DNA of 64,000 bases from Bacteroidia bacterium (GTDB lineage Bacteria > Bacteroidota > Bacteroidia > CAILMK01 > JBBDIG01): assembly GCA_040880525.1 (NCBI GenBank), contig JBBDIG010000024.1:12522-76521 (forward strand), read 5' to 3'. Below the pieces are notes generated by a model that had not been told where the DNA came from, did not search any database, and saw nothing but the letters and a program-made list of their open reading frames with translations. Below, in pieces: positions 9,060 to 17,674 of this stretch; positions within the stretch are counted from its first letter, which is position 1, and each line of letters begins with the position of its first letter. The position numbers and the translations under genes are program-made.

Positions 9060-10150
9060 CTTGAGCGTAGCGAAAGGTGTTGACTGTGGCAATCTGTAGC
9101 ACAACGAGCGTGCGTTGCGCTACAGATCGCCACGTCCTGCTTTTTCCGCTATCGCTCCAAAAGCACTCCTCGCGATGACAGTATGGAGATCGGAAGCCTA
9201 ACCCTAACGTCACTCTGATCGGAGCATAGCGGAGAGAAGAGTCTGGTGCTGAAATAACCGGGCGTGCAGCACACTACCAGATTCTTCGCTATCGCTCAGA
9301 ATGACGAGAGTTTTCCCACGCTGTCATTGCGAAGGAAACGACTTGAGCGCAGCGTAAGGTGTTGACTGTGGCAATCTGTGGCACAACGAGCGTGCGCTGA
9401 GCTACAGATTACCCACAGATCGCCACGTCCCGCTTTTTCCGCTATCGCTCCAAAAGCACTCCTCGCGATGACAGTATTGAGATTGGAAGCCTAACCCTAA
9501 CGTCACTCTGATCGGAGCATAGCGGAGAGAAGAGTCTGGTGCTGAAATAACCGGGCGTGCAGCACACTACCAGATTCTTCGCTATCGCTCAGAATGACGA
9601 GAGTTTTCCCACGCTGTCATTGCGAAGGAAACGACTTGAGCGCAGCGTAAGGTGTTGACTGTGGCAATCTGTGGCACAACGAACGTGCGCTGAACTACAG
9701 ATCACCATCAGATCACCACGTCCTGCTTTTTCCGCTTTCGCTGCAAAAGCATTCCTCGCGATGACAGTATAGAGATAGGCTGCCTAACCCTAACGTCATT
9801 CTGATCGCAGCACAGCGGAGAGAAGAGACTGGTGCTGGAATAACCGGGCGTGCAGCACACTCCCAGATTCTTCGCTATCGCTCAGAATGAGGAGAGTTTT
9901 CCCACGCTGTCATTGCGAAGGAAACGACTTGAGCGCAGCGTAAGGTGTTGACTGTGGCAATCTGTGGCACAACGAGCGTGCGCTGAGCTACAGATCACCA
10001 ACAGATCACCACGTCCCGCTTTCTCCGCTATCGCTCCAAAAGCACTCCTCGCGATGACAGTATGGAGATAGGCTGCCTAACCTCAACGTCACGCTGATCG
10101 GAGCGCAGCGGAGAGAAGAGTCTGGTGCTGGAATAACCGGGCGTGAAGTA
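9060..10150. repeat. tandem array of about 3.7 copies of a ~293-bp structured repeat with nested inverted repeats
   Basis: Unit starts ('cttgagcg[ct]agcg') fall at 9060, 9342, 9635 and 9928. The copies differ by only a few substitutions. Each unit contains long internal inverted repeats (for example 'cgtcactctgatcggagcatagcggagagaagagtctggtgctg' paired with 'cagcacactaccagattcttcgctatcgctcagaatgacg'). Confidence 0.9.
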
Positions 10151-10156
10151 AATTTA

Positions 10157-11065
10157 TTAGAATACCCTGCTAAACATTTGGCCGCCAAGGTCAGTCTTAT
10201 TTTGGTTCAATAAAAGAGTAAGCGCCAGTTGATGGCTCGCAAAAACATAATTATTACTTATAGGAAATTCATAATGGTATGATATCCTGATGACACCTTT
10301 TTGAATTCCGGTGAGTAAATAGATAGCCTCCATACTACCTTCCTCTAAAAAGACGCCTCCCGTAAACCAACCTTTGTGAGCTTGTATGCCGGTTAAAATC
10401 TTCCAGTTTGTTGACTTTTTTTCAAGAAGTACGGATGGGTTGATAACCCAACTTTTATCACCGGACGATAATTTATGCCAATAGCCACCCTGAAATCTAA
10501 AAACCCGGGGCTGTGGATTATCTCCGGAAAAAGTCCTCAGGATTGGACGGAATAAATTGTCCACACTTAATCCCCCGTAAAAGGTGTTTTTATAAAATAA
10601 AATACCAGTTCCCCAATTAATATAACTTTCGTGAGTTTCAAGATACCGGAGGTGGGAGGAAAGTGTTTCATCGGGAATTGTACTTTCAAAATAATTTGCC
10701 TTAACTCCTATGCGCATCGCCATCTTATCTGAAAACGAAATGCGGTAATTATACATCCCACCTACCGTGCTGTGTTTATCGAATGGCCAGCGATGATAGG
10801 AGGCGAAAAAGCCCAGGCCTCCACCCAATTGATCAAAGTGCTGATCATGGCTGCCAATCCATGCATCATTGGTTGCAGACAAAAAGCGTGACCAGCGTTG
10901 CATCCCACTCAGGGTTATCCGCGCATGTTCTGTGGTTCCGGCAAATGCGGGGTTTACCATCACGGGGAACGTCATTGGGTGCAGCAAACCCTCAATTTGA
11001 GCATATAAAGGGTTCGTGGTCAGTAACAGCGTGAATATCAGCAGGATTTTCATTATAGATGTCAT
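10157..11065 (-). CDS. type IX secretion system membrane protein, PorP/SprF family
   Basis: A signal peptide is followed by the PorP/SprF N-terminal signature '...NPAFAGT...LSGMQRWS'. The length is about 300 aa. Confidence 0.65.
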   Translation of the reverse strand: MTSIMKILLIFTLLLTTNPLYAQIEGLLHPMTFPVMVNPAFAGTTEHARITLSGMQRWSRFLSATNDAWIGSHDQHFDQLGGGLGFFASYHRWPFDKHSTVGGMYNYRISFSDKMAMRIGVKANYFESTIPDETLSSHLRYLETHESYINWGTGILFYKNTFYGGLSVDNLFRPILRTFSGDNPQPRVFRFQGGYWHKLSSGDKSWVINPSVLLEKKSTNWKILTGIQAHKGWFTGGVFLEEGSMEAIYLLTGIQKGVIRISYHYEFPISNNYVFASHQLALTLLLNQNKTDLGGQMFSRVF

Positions 11066-11189
11066 TGAGTGGTAAATTATAGGGTATTGAACATGCTTGA
11101 AAAGTTACCTTCTATTTTATAGGGCACAAGGAAGGTGTGAACAAGAAATTTTAATAATGAAGCAGCCGGGAACGCAGCCAACGCATTGT

Positions 11190-11440
11190 AGGATTCAGTA
11201 ATTACCGACAGAGGCTGAAGGACTGGTGGGGCGTGCAGCATGCCAGCATATTCTTCGGTGTCGCGCTGAATGACGAGGGATCCTTTCCTCCTGCCATTGC
11301 GAAGGAAAGGACTTAAGCGCCATCGAAAGGCGTTGACTGTGGCAATCTGTAGCCAAATGGAGGTGCGTTGGTCTACAGAACGCCACGTCCCACTTTCTTC
11401 GCTATCGCTCCGAATGCGGTCTTCGCGATGACATTACTGC
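11190..11440. repeat. diverged single copy of the same ~293-bp repeat family
   Basis: It shares 'gcattgcgaaggaaaggacttaagcgcc...ggcgttgactgtggcaatctgtagcc...cgccacgtcccactttcttcgctatcgctcc' with the array units. Confidence 0.75.
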
Positions 11441-11539
11441 GTCAGGCTGTGGCTTTTGTGGGAAAGATCAGGGATAAAGGGTTGAGGAATGTGAGCATTA
11501 ATTCCAGCAGGCGCCTAAATGATGCTAACGATCCTAAAC

Positions 11540-11926
11540 TCACCCCGCCACCATTCCCGCCACAACCTTCCCGCCCCAAACGGCCAGGATGCAGAGGAAT
11601 ACCTGCGCAGCTACGTATGCGGCAAAAGTGATCCAGCGGCCATGTTCCAGCATTTCGAATGACTCGAAGGCAAAGGAGGACATCGTGGTAAGGGAGCCAC
11701 AGAAACCCAGCGCTACCAGCATAAATTGTCGTTCTGAAAACAAACTGAATTGCAGGAAACCAAAAGCCATGATGCCGAAAAGGAAACTTCCCAGGAGGTT
11801 GACTGTGAGGGTTCCGAATGGCTTGTGCGGGAAATGGCCATGCATAAAATTGCTGATAAGCACCCGGAAAATGGCTCCGAAGAATCCTCCGGTTCCTATG
11901 ATCAGCAGGTTCATCAACGTGTTCAT
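11540..11926 (-). CDS. crcB: fluoride efflux channel CrcB/Fluc
   Basis: 'MNTLMNLLIIGTGGFFGAIFR...GFCGSLTTMSSF' is the CrcB signature. The start overlaps the upstream phosphatase gene by 4 bp (ATGA). Confidence 0.85.
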   Translation of the reverse strand: MNTLMNLLIIGTGGFFGAIFRVLISNFMHGHFPHKPFGTLTVNLLGSFLFGIMAFGFLQFSLFSERQFMLVALGFCGSLTTMSSFAFESFEMLEHGRWITFAAYVAAQVFLCILAVWGGKVVAGMVAG

Positions 11927-12558
11927 TCTTCTGCGTTTACCAGAATTTGGTTGAGGTGGGCGATGCAATTCTCCCGTGCAAGGGTTCGTCTTCCATCAGG
12001 TGAGATCGTAACCTGATACAGTCCAAGATTATGGTGCCTGAACTGCGACATATTTTGAAGAGGAAGCTGCAACAATTGACATAGGAAAATACGCATGGCC
12101 CGGCCATGCATACATACCAGTACGTTTTCATCATCCTCTCGCTGCATGATGAGGTCAATGACTTTTCGTTGACGCTTTGCTACGTCATCCGGGCTTTCTC
12201 CACCTTCTATCCCGTGGTGGGTTTCCCCCTTTTGCCACTTTATCACCAGTTCCTCATAATACGTTTTATGCAAATTGCTGATATGGCGTCCTTCAAAAGT
12301 GCCCCAGGAAATTTCATTTAGTCCGGGATGGCGTTCCGTAATTATATTATGGCCGGCAAAGGATTTTACAGATTCCTGTGATCTGAGTAGGGAGGAAACA
12401 TAGATTCTTGAGAATGGAATATGGCTATAATGATTGTAGAATGCCTCAGCTTGTTGCCGGCCTTTCTCATTCAGGCTCGTATCAATCCCAGAGCCCTGGA
12501 CGCAGCCAAGCCTGTTGTACTCCGTTTCTCCGTGCCTGATGATGAATATATTCTGCAT
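11923..12558 (-). CDS. histidine phosphatase family protein (phosphoglycerate-mutase-like)
   Basis: The N-terminus reads 'IFIIRHGETEYN', the RHG catalytic motif. Confidence 0.75.
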   Translation of the reverse strand: MQNIFIIRHGETEYNRLGCVQGSGIDTSLNEKGRQQAEAFYNHYSHIPFSRIYVSSLLRSQESVKSFAGHNIITERHPGLNEISWGTFEGRHISNLHKTYYEELVIKWQKGETHHGIEGGESPDDVAKRQRKVIDLIMQREDDENVLVCMHGRAMRIFLCQLLQLPLQNMSQFRHHNLGLYQVTISPDGRRTLARENCIAHLNQILVNAEE

Positions 12559-12708
12559 ATTTTTGTATTTACGTAAGAAGAATTTCCCAGTGCAAAGGAA
12601 GTGCTTCTGAAGGAAAAAATAATTTATTTGCTTTTACTATATTATTCAAAAGCAAATTATCTTTGCGAAATATTTATTTCAACCAAAAAATCGTTTTAAG
12701 ACCACGCC

Positions 12709-13146
12709 ATGAAGAACTTAAGCGCTTTTACCCTGCTCATGCTTGTGAGCTTGTTTTCCATAGAGTCAGCTCTCGCACAGCCCAAAGTTAAAGAGAATAC
12801 GGCTGTAGGAAAGTCCATAGAGTTTGACACTCAATCCTATGACTTTGGACATGTGGAGGCCGGGAATTACCCCGGCTACCGGTTTGTATTCGTAAACAAC
12901 AGTTCCAAGCGAGTGTCGGTAACCGGGTTTGGCCGGGTCTGTAACCTCACGGTTCCAGCCTATAGTCAGGAACCTATAGAGCCTGGAGAAAGCGGATTTG
13001 TTAAGATAGTGCTGAACCCCAGGGACCTGAACGGAAGTATCAGGAAAAATTTCCAGATAATATTTACGTATTCCGATGACGGACAGCAGATGAGAACAGG
13101 TAAGAATCTTATTGTAGAGGGCAATATCGTACCTGAGCAAATATAA
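12709..13146 (+). CDS. DUF1573 domain-containing secreted protein (paralog 1)
   Basis: It has a signal peptide. The DUF1573-like core reads 'FDTQSYDFGHVEAGNY...VCNLTVPAY...PIEPGESGFVKIVLNPRDLNG'. Confidence 0.65.
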   Translation: MKNLSAFTLLMLVSLFSIESALAQPKVKENTAVGKSIEFDTQSYDFGHVEAGNYPGYRFVFVNNSSKRVSVTGFGRVCNLTVPAYSQEPIEPGESGFVKIVLNPRDLNGSIRKNFQIIFTYSDDGQQMRTGKNLIVEGNIVPEQI

Positions 13147-13234
13147 ACTCCATCACCTGATGGATGTGCCTGCAAACTTTATGAATCCTGCCGGGGTTGA
13201 AATATCCTGACAGGATTTTTTATTATATAGCGAT

Positions 13235-13660
13235 ATGATCAATACCAATATTCCGCTATCCGACCTGAGAGAAATTACGAGAGGTACGATGGTGGAGACT
13301 CTGGGTATGGAGTTTATAGAATTAGGCCCGGAAATGCTGAAGATGCGAATGCCGGTTGACCATCGCACCCGGCAGCCACTTGGCCTCCTGCACGGAGGCG
13401 CCTCTGCAGCCCTGGCTGAAACCGTAGGAAGCATGGCAGCTCATCTTTATATAGATGATACCGAATATTATTGCGTGGGTATTGAGATAAAATGCAATCA
13501 CGTACGTGGAATTACTTCCGGATTCGTGATGGGAACGGCTACTCCCATTCATACCGGCAAAAGAACCCATGTATGGCAAATAGACATCACAGATGAAGAA
13601 CACATCCGGGTTGCATTTAGTACGCTTACTTTAGCGGTGCTTCCCAAAAAGAACAGATAG
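13235..13660 (+). CDS. hotdog-fold thioesterase, PaaI/YbdB/DHNA-CoA-thioesterase family
   Basis: 'LHGGASAALAETVGSMAA...GIEIKCNHVRG...GKRTHVWQIDITDE' is the PaaI-type motif. Confidence 0.75.
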   Translation: MINTNIPLSDLREITRGTMVETLGMEFIELGPEMLKMRMPVDHRTRQPLGLLHGGASAALAETVGSMAAHLYIDDTEYYCVGIEIKCNHVRGITSGFVMGTATPIHTGKRTHVWQIDITDEEHIRVAFSTLTLAVLPKKNR

Positions 13661-13740
13661 AAAGCAGGATTAAAATTGCGTACGTATAAACTTTTTTTGA
13701 GATACTTTATTAGTAGTATATCCTTAAACAGATAAAAAAA

Positions 13741-14205
13741 ATGAATAATAAAATTCTGGTTGTAATGACAGTGTCCTTGCTCTTAGTGTTTCAAACCGGC
13801 TGCGGAGTATTTGGAAACGGAGCCAAACAGGTGAATGGCAAAGACGTCAAGAAAGGGGCATTGGACATTGTTTTTGTAAAAGATAATTATGATTTTGGGG
13901 TAGTGGAGCAGGGAAATTATCCAGGCTATGAGTTCATATTCGTAAACAAAAGCGAAGTGCCTGTCCAGGTTCAGGAATTCAGAGGATGCAATCTCACGGT
14001 TCCTGCCTATAGTAAAGAAACCATCAATCCGCAGGATAGTGGTTTCTTTAAGCTCATTCTTAATCCGCGGGACATCAGCGGGAAGTTTCAGAAGAAGATG
14101 CAGCTTGTATTCAAATATGAAAAGAAAGGTGAGGATCAATATACTTATGAAGAGGTATATCTCACCGGCAAGGTGATAAGAGGCTATTCTTCCAAGCGTG
14201 AGTGA
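13741..14205 (+). CDS. DUF1573 domain-containing secreted protein (paralog 2)
   Basis: It has a signal peptide with a Cys lipobox-like 'QTGC'. The core reads 'YDFGVVEQGNYPGYEFIFVNKS...GCNLTVPAY...SGFFKLILNPRDISG'. Confidence 0.65.
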   Translation: MNNKILVVMTVSLLLVFQTGCGVFGNGAKQVNGKDVKKGALDIVFVKDNYDFGVVEQGNYPGYEFIFVNKSEVPVQVQEFRGCNLTVPAYSKETINPQDSGFFKLILNPRDISGKFQKKMQLVFKYEKKGEDQYTYEEVYLTGKVIRGYSSKRE

Positions 14206-14270
14206 GCCTGCCATGGAACTATTAGATTAATTAGATCAAATTAAATAGAGTTTTATCTCTTAAAATTTCA

Positions 14271-14305
14271 AGCCCGGCAACTTAATTCTGCTGGGCTTTT
14301 TTTTA
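14271..14305 (+). terminator. rho-independent terminator-like hairpin + T-run
   Basis: 'agcccggcaacttaattctgctgggct' is followed by 'tttttttt', directly after DUF1573 paralog 2. Confidence 0.6.
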
Positions 14306-14542
14306 TGCCTGAGCCTTGGTATATCATTAATTCAATGGGTTAAGTGAGGTTAGGATATTCAATTGTCGCTTGTTGTTCCGCAACCAAAAGCTATTATTCT
14401 GACACTAGAAAGATAGATTATGATACAGGTTTCAGAGCAAAGAGTGGTGCGCTTACTTTTGTAGCGATCAATGACGGAAGGGAAAACCCAGATTGGTCAA
14501 TAAGGGAAAATTTTTTGAATCAACGCGCTAAAATTTGATGTT

Positions 14543-15016
14543 ATGAAAAAAGTACACGCACTATCATTTTCGTTTGTTCTGCTAATGGTCGCAGGATCTT
14601 TTCAATCAGCTAACGCTCAGTTCTGGAACAAATTCAACCAGAATAACAAAGTAGGCGAAAGTGTAATTGAAATTAGTTTTGAGCAAATGCAACACGATTT
14701 CGGAAAAGTGGAAAGAGGCAACTATCCGGATTACACATTTGCCTTTAAGAACACCAGTGATAAGCCGGTAAAGGTGGTTGGCTTTGACAGAGCCTGCAAC
14801 GTTACTATTCCTGCTTATACCAAAGAGGTGATCCAGCCAGGTGAGGAAGGTTACTTCAAAGTGGTTTTTAACACCCGTGATATTAACGGTGAATTCCGCA
14901 AGCACATGAATGTGATCTTCACCTATCAGGATGAAATTACCAAGGAGCACGTGATGAGCAAGGAAATAGTGAAGCTTTCGGGAAGTGTAGCCCACGAGGT
15001 TGCCATCCAGGACTAA
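14543..15016 (+). CDS. DUF1573 domain-containing secreted protein (paralog 3)
   Basis: It has a signal peptide. The core reads 'HDFGKVERGNYPDYTFAFKNTSDKPVKVVGFDRACNVTIPAY...PGEEGYFKVVFNTRDINGEF'. Confidence 0.65.
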   Translation: MKKVHALSFSFVLLMVAGSFQSANAQFWNKFNQNNKVGESVIEISFEQMQHDFGKVERGNYPDYTFAFKNTSDKPVKVVGFDRACNVTIPAYTKEVIQPGEEGYFKVVFNTRDINGEFRKHMNVIFTYQDEITKEHVMSKEIVKLSGSVAHEVAIQD

Positions 15017-15020
15017 GCGC

Positions 15021-15665
15021 TTAGCTCAGCCGGAAATGCAGATATTTGATCGTTAAGCCCTCTGCCAGAAATTTCTTTTCATAAGTAGTTTGTATGGCGG
15101 TCAGATGATTAAGCATATTAGAATGATAAAGGTTATACGTGTATCCAAGCACGCTATAACCTTTTTCATTTAATACCTCCAGGCCATAATTAAAGAGGGC
15201 TTCATTGTCAGTTTTAAAATGCACCATGCTATTGGGCTCCAGTATCTGGCAGTAAAGATCCAGAAACCGGGGAGAGATCAATCTTTTCCCGGCTTTGCTT
15301 TTCCGGGGATACGGGTCAGGAAAAGTGATCCAGATTTCGCTGACTTCACCTTTCTCAAAAAAATCATCAATGCGCTCTATGAGGATGCGCAGAAAGGCTA
15401 CGTTGTACAGGTTCAAATCCAGGGCTTCTTTGGCTCCATTGTGTAAGCGAGGCCCTTTTACGTCTACTCCAATGAAATTATACTGCGGGTAGTGCTTCGC
15501 CAGATTAATGGTGTACTCACCCTTGCCGCAACCCAGTTCAAGAATTACCGGATGATCATTTTGAAAAACCTCCTTATTCCAGTTTCCTTTTAATGCTTTC
15601 GGTTCTTCAAACACATTGGGCATCGTTTTCAGTGCCAGGATCTTTTCTCGCTTTCTTCTTGCCAT
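15021..15665 (-). CDS. trmB: tRNA (guanine46-N7)-methyltransferase
   Basis: 'LELGCGKGEYTINLAKHYPQYNFIGVD...ITFPDPYPRK' is the TrmB signature. Confidence 0.85.
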   Translation of the reverse strand: MARRKREKILALKTMPNVFEEPKALKGNWNKEVFQNDHPVILELGCGKGEYTINLAKHYPQYNFIGVDVKGPRLHNGAKEALDLNLYNVAFLRILIERIDDFFEKGEVSEIWITFPDPYPRKSKAGKRLISPRFLDLYCQILEPNSMVHFKTDNEALFNYGLEVLNEKGYSVLGYTYNLYHSNMLNHLTAIQTTYEKKFLAEGLTIKYLHFRLS

Positions 15666-15685
15666 TTTGCCTTGTTTGGAAAATA

Positions 15686-17548
15686 TTACCGGCTTTCGCT
15701 TTGTGAATTTATTTCTTCTTCCACTTCCGAATCCGTTTTCGGTTGGTCCAGATCACCGATATATACAAGGATATCTCCTTCCTCTGAAAACAGGGACTGC
15801 CCGCTGAATGCTTCGATCCGGGCATCGCTTTTCTTGATGAAAAAAGGAATTAAATTGGGATTTGCATTTAGAAACGATTTCAGATCCGTTCCTTTTGGAA
15901 TTTCCATCTCCTGTAAATTTGGTTTTCGTCTGATGGCCTGGATGAGTTGAATGTAGTCAACGCTGGTTCCAAACAGCAGGTTTCGCGGTTTGATCAGCTC
16001 CTTAAACTCCATCTCACGCTGAGACATGAGGCGCAAGGTATGGTCCTCTCCAAACTCTTCACGGAATTTTCTCATTGCCAGAATATTGATTTCGGTATTG
16101 GAAGTGAGCGCGAACAGCCGGCCTTTATCGGCAAGGTCTATTTCCTCAAGCGCATCATCAGAAAGGATGCTCCCCTCATACACAGGCAGCCCCTGGGATT
16201 TGCTTTCCATAATATTGGAATGGGCTGTATCCGCAAGCAAAACTGGCACATCGTTATCTCTCAGGTATCTGGCCAGAAATCTGGCGATCTCATTAGCCCC
16301 CACAAAAAGAACTCCCTGCGGTTCTTTACGCGTGAGGCCCAGCCAACTCAAAACATATTTGGCTGAGCCACCCTGGAGTATTACAGTACCGATAATGATC
16401 AGAAAGGTAAGCGGAAGCAGTAACGCGGCATCCCGGTTTTCTGCCGGCAACACGGAAGTATCCTTCATGATCTCCAGCGAAAAAAGGGAAGCTACCGCAG
16501 CCGCCACAATCCCCCTCGGCCCAATCCATGAAATAAACACCTTTTCGCGAAAGCTCAGGTTAGAGCGAAAGGTGCTCATAAACACAGCCAGCGGCCTCAG
16601 CAGGAATATCACCACTAAGAAGAGGATAATGCTATTGAAGCCTAAGGACTCAATATCCTGGATTTGAATTCGGGATGAGAGAATGATAAAGAGAAGGGAA
16701 ATAAGAATGACGCTGATATCCTCTTTAAAGGAAAGGAGATTTTTTAGTTCCTCGATCCTCATATTTCCAAGGATCATTCCCATTAAGGTAACGGCCAATA
16801 AGCCGCTCTCATGATAAACCGCATCAGAAATAGCGAAGGTGCCGACAACCAGCGCCAGCGTAACAATATTTTTCAGGAAACCGGGCAGCAATCGTTTTCT
16901 GATCATAAAATAAAGGGCAAGGGCGCTGACAGTTCCGATGATAGCGCCTACCAGTATGGTGAGAAAGAAATTGGTGAAAAAAACCAGTGTGTATTCGTCA
17001 CCCGGCTTGCTGAAGCGAATGAACTCGTACACCAGCACTGCCACAAGTGCTCCAATAGGGTCAATGAGTATTCCCTCCCATTTAAGAACCGTATTGATAT
17101 TTTTTGTAGGCCTGATGTTTCTGAGGATGGGCGCAATAACGGTGGGACCGGTCACAATAATGAGCGCACCGAAGAGCAGTGAAATTTTCCAGTGCATCCC
17201 CAGGAGATAGTAGGCGGCAAGGCTTCCTCCAATCCAGGTGATGGCGGCACCGATGGTAAGCAGGTTCCTGACGGTATGGGCCAAATGCCGGATCTCCTTC
17301 AGCTTCAGGGTAAGCCCACCTTCAAATAATATTACGCCTACTGACAGCGCGACAAAGGCAAATAGCACATCACCGTTAAAAATGGCATCACCATCAATCA
17401 ACTTCTCACCGTCAGCCGTAATGAAAGTTGATAACGGGCCTACCATCAGGCCTATGATGATAAGAGGAAGAATTGCGGGCAGCTTCACCCTCCACGCAAG
17501 CCATTGTGAGAACATCCCTAGTACTAATATTGCCGCAAGCTCTATCAT
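15686..17548 (-). CDS. cation:proton (Na+/H+) antiporter, CPA1/NhaP-type, with C-terminal cytoplasmic regulatory domain
   Basis: An N-terminal polytopic Na_H_exchanger-like domain of about 400 aa is followed by a hydrophilic C-terminal region of about 200 aa. Confidence 0.75.
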   Translation of the reverse strand: MIELAAILVLGMFSQWLAWRVKLPAILPLIIIGLMVGPLSTFITADGEKLIDGDAIFNGDVLFAFVALSVGVILFEGGLTLKLKEIRHLAHTVRNLLTIGAAITWIGGSLAAYYLLGMHWKISLLFGALIIVTGPTVIAPILRNIRPTKNINTVLKWEGILIDPIGALVAVLVYEFIRFSKPGDEYTLVFFTNFFLTILVGAIIGTVSALALYFMIRKRLLPGFLKNIVTLALVVGTFAISDAVYHESGLLAVTLMGMILGNMRIEELKNLLSFKEDISVILISLLFIILSSRIQIQDIESLGFNSIILFLVVIFLLRPLAVFMSTFRSNLSFREKVFISWIGPRGIVAAAVASLFSLEIMKDTSVLPAENRDAALLLPLTFLIIIGTVILQGGSAKYVLSWLGLTRKEPQGVLFVGANEIARFLARYLRDNDVPVLLADTAHSNIMESKSQGLPVYEGSILSDDALEEIDLADKGRLFALTSNTEINILAMRKFREEFGEDHTLRLMSQREMEFKELIKPRNLLFGTSVDYIQLIQAIRRKPNLQEMEIPKGTDLKSFLNANPNLIPFFIKKSDARIEAFSGQSLFSEEGDILVYIGDLDQPKTDSEVEEEINSQSESR

Positions 17549-17674
17549 AGGTTAATTTTGGATTCTTTGGGTGTAATTTCCCGGTTCAAAACTATCCCCG
17601 GGCCCTTCAGATCATTGATTCTTCATCAAATTCTGAACAGGTATTTTTGCAAATATTGTAAATCACAGCATTAT

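Noticed and set aside
9060-10150. Possible CRISPR array
   Set aside because: The repeat units are about 293 bp long and lie directly end-to-end with no unique spacers. No cas genes are present anywhere in the window.
9031-10188. ORFs 9031-9213 and 10006-10188 (60 aa each) as coding genes
   Set aside because: Both lie entirely within the tandem repeat and translate to low-complexity repeat-derived peptides ('SPYCHREECFWSDSG...'). They are spurious.
11927-12708. Fluoride riboswitch upstream of crcB
   Set aside because: crcB directly overlaps the upstream phosphatase gene. The only candidate leader (12559-12708) shows no match to the conserved fluoride-riboswitch core as I remember it. This was not confirmed computationally.
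14344-14538. 64-aa ORF between DUF1573 paralogs 2 and 3
   Set aside because: It starts downstream of a strong terminator. It has no signal, no motif and no RBS-like context, so it is more likely promoter or leader sequence for paralog 3.
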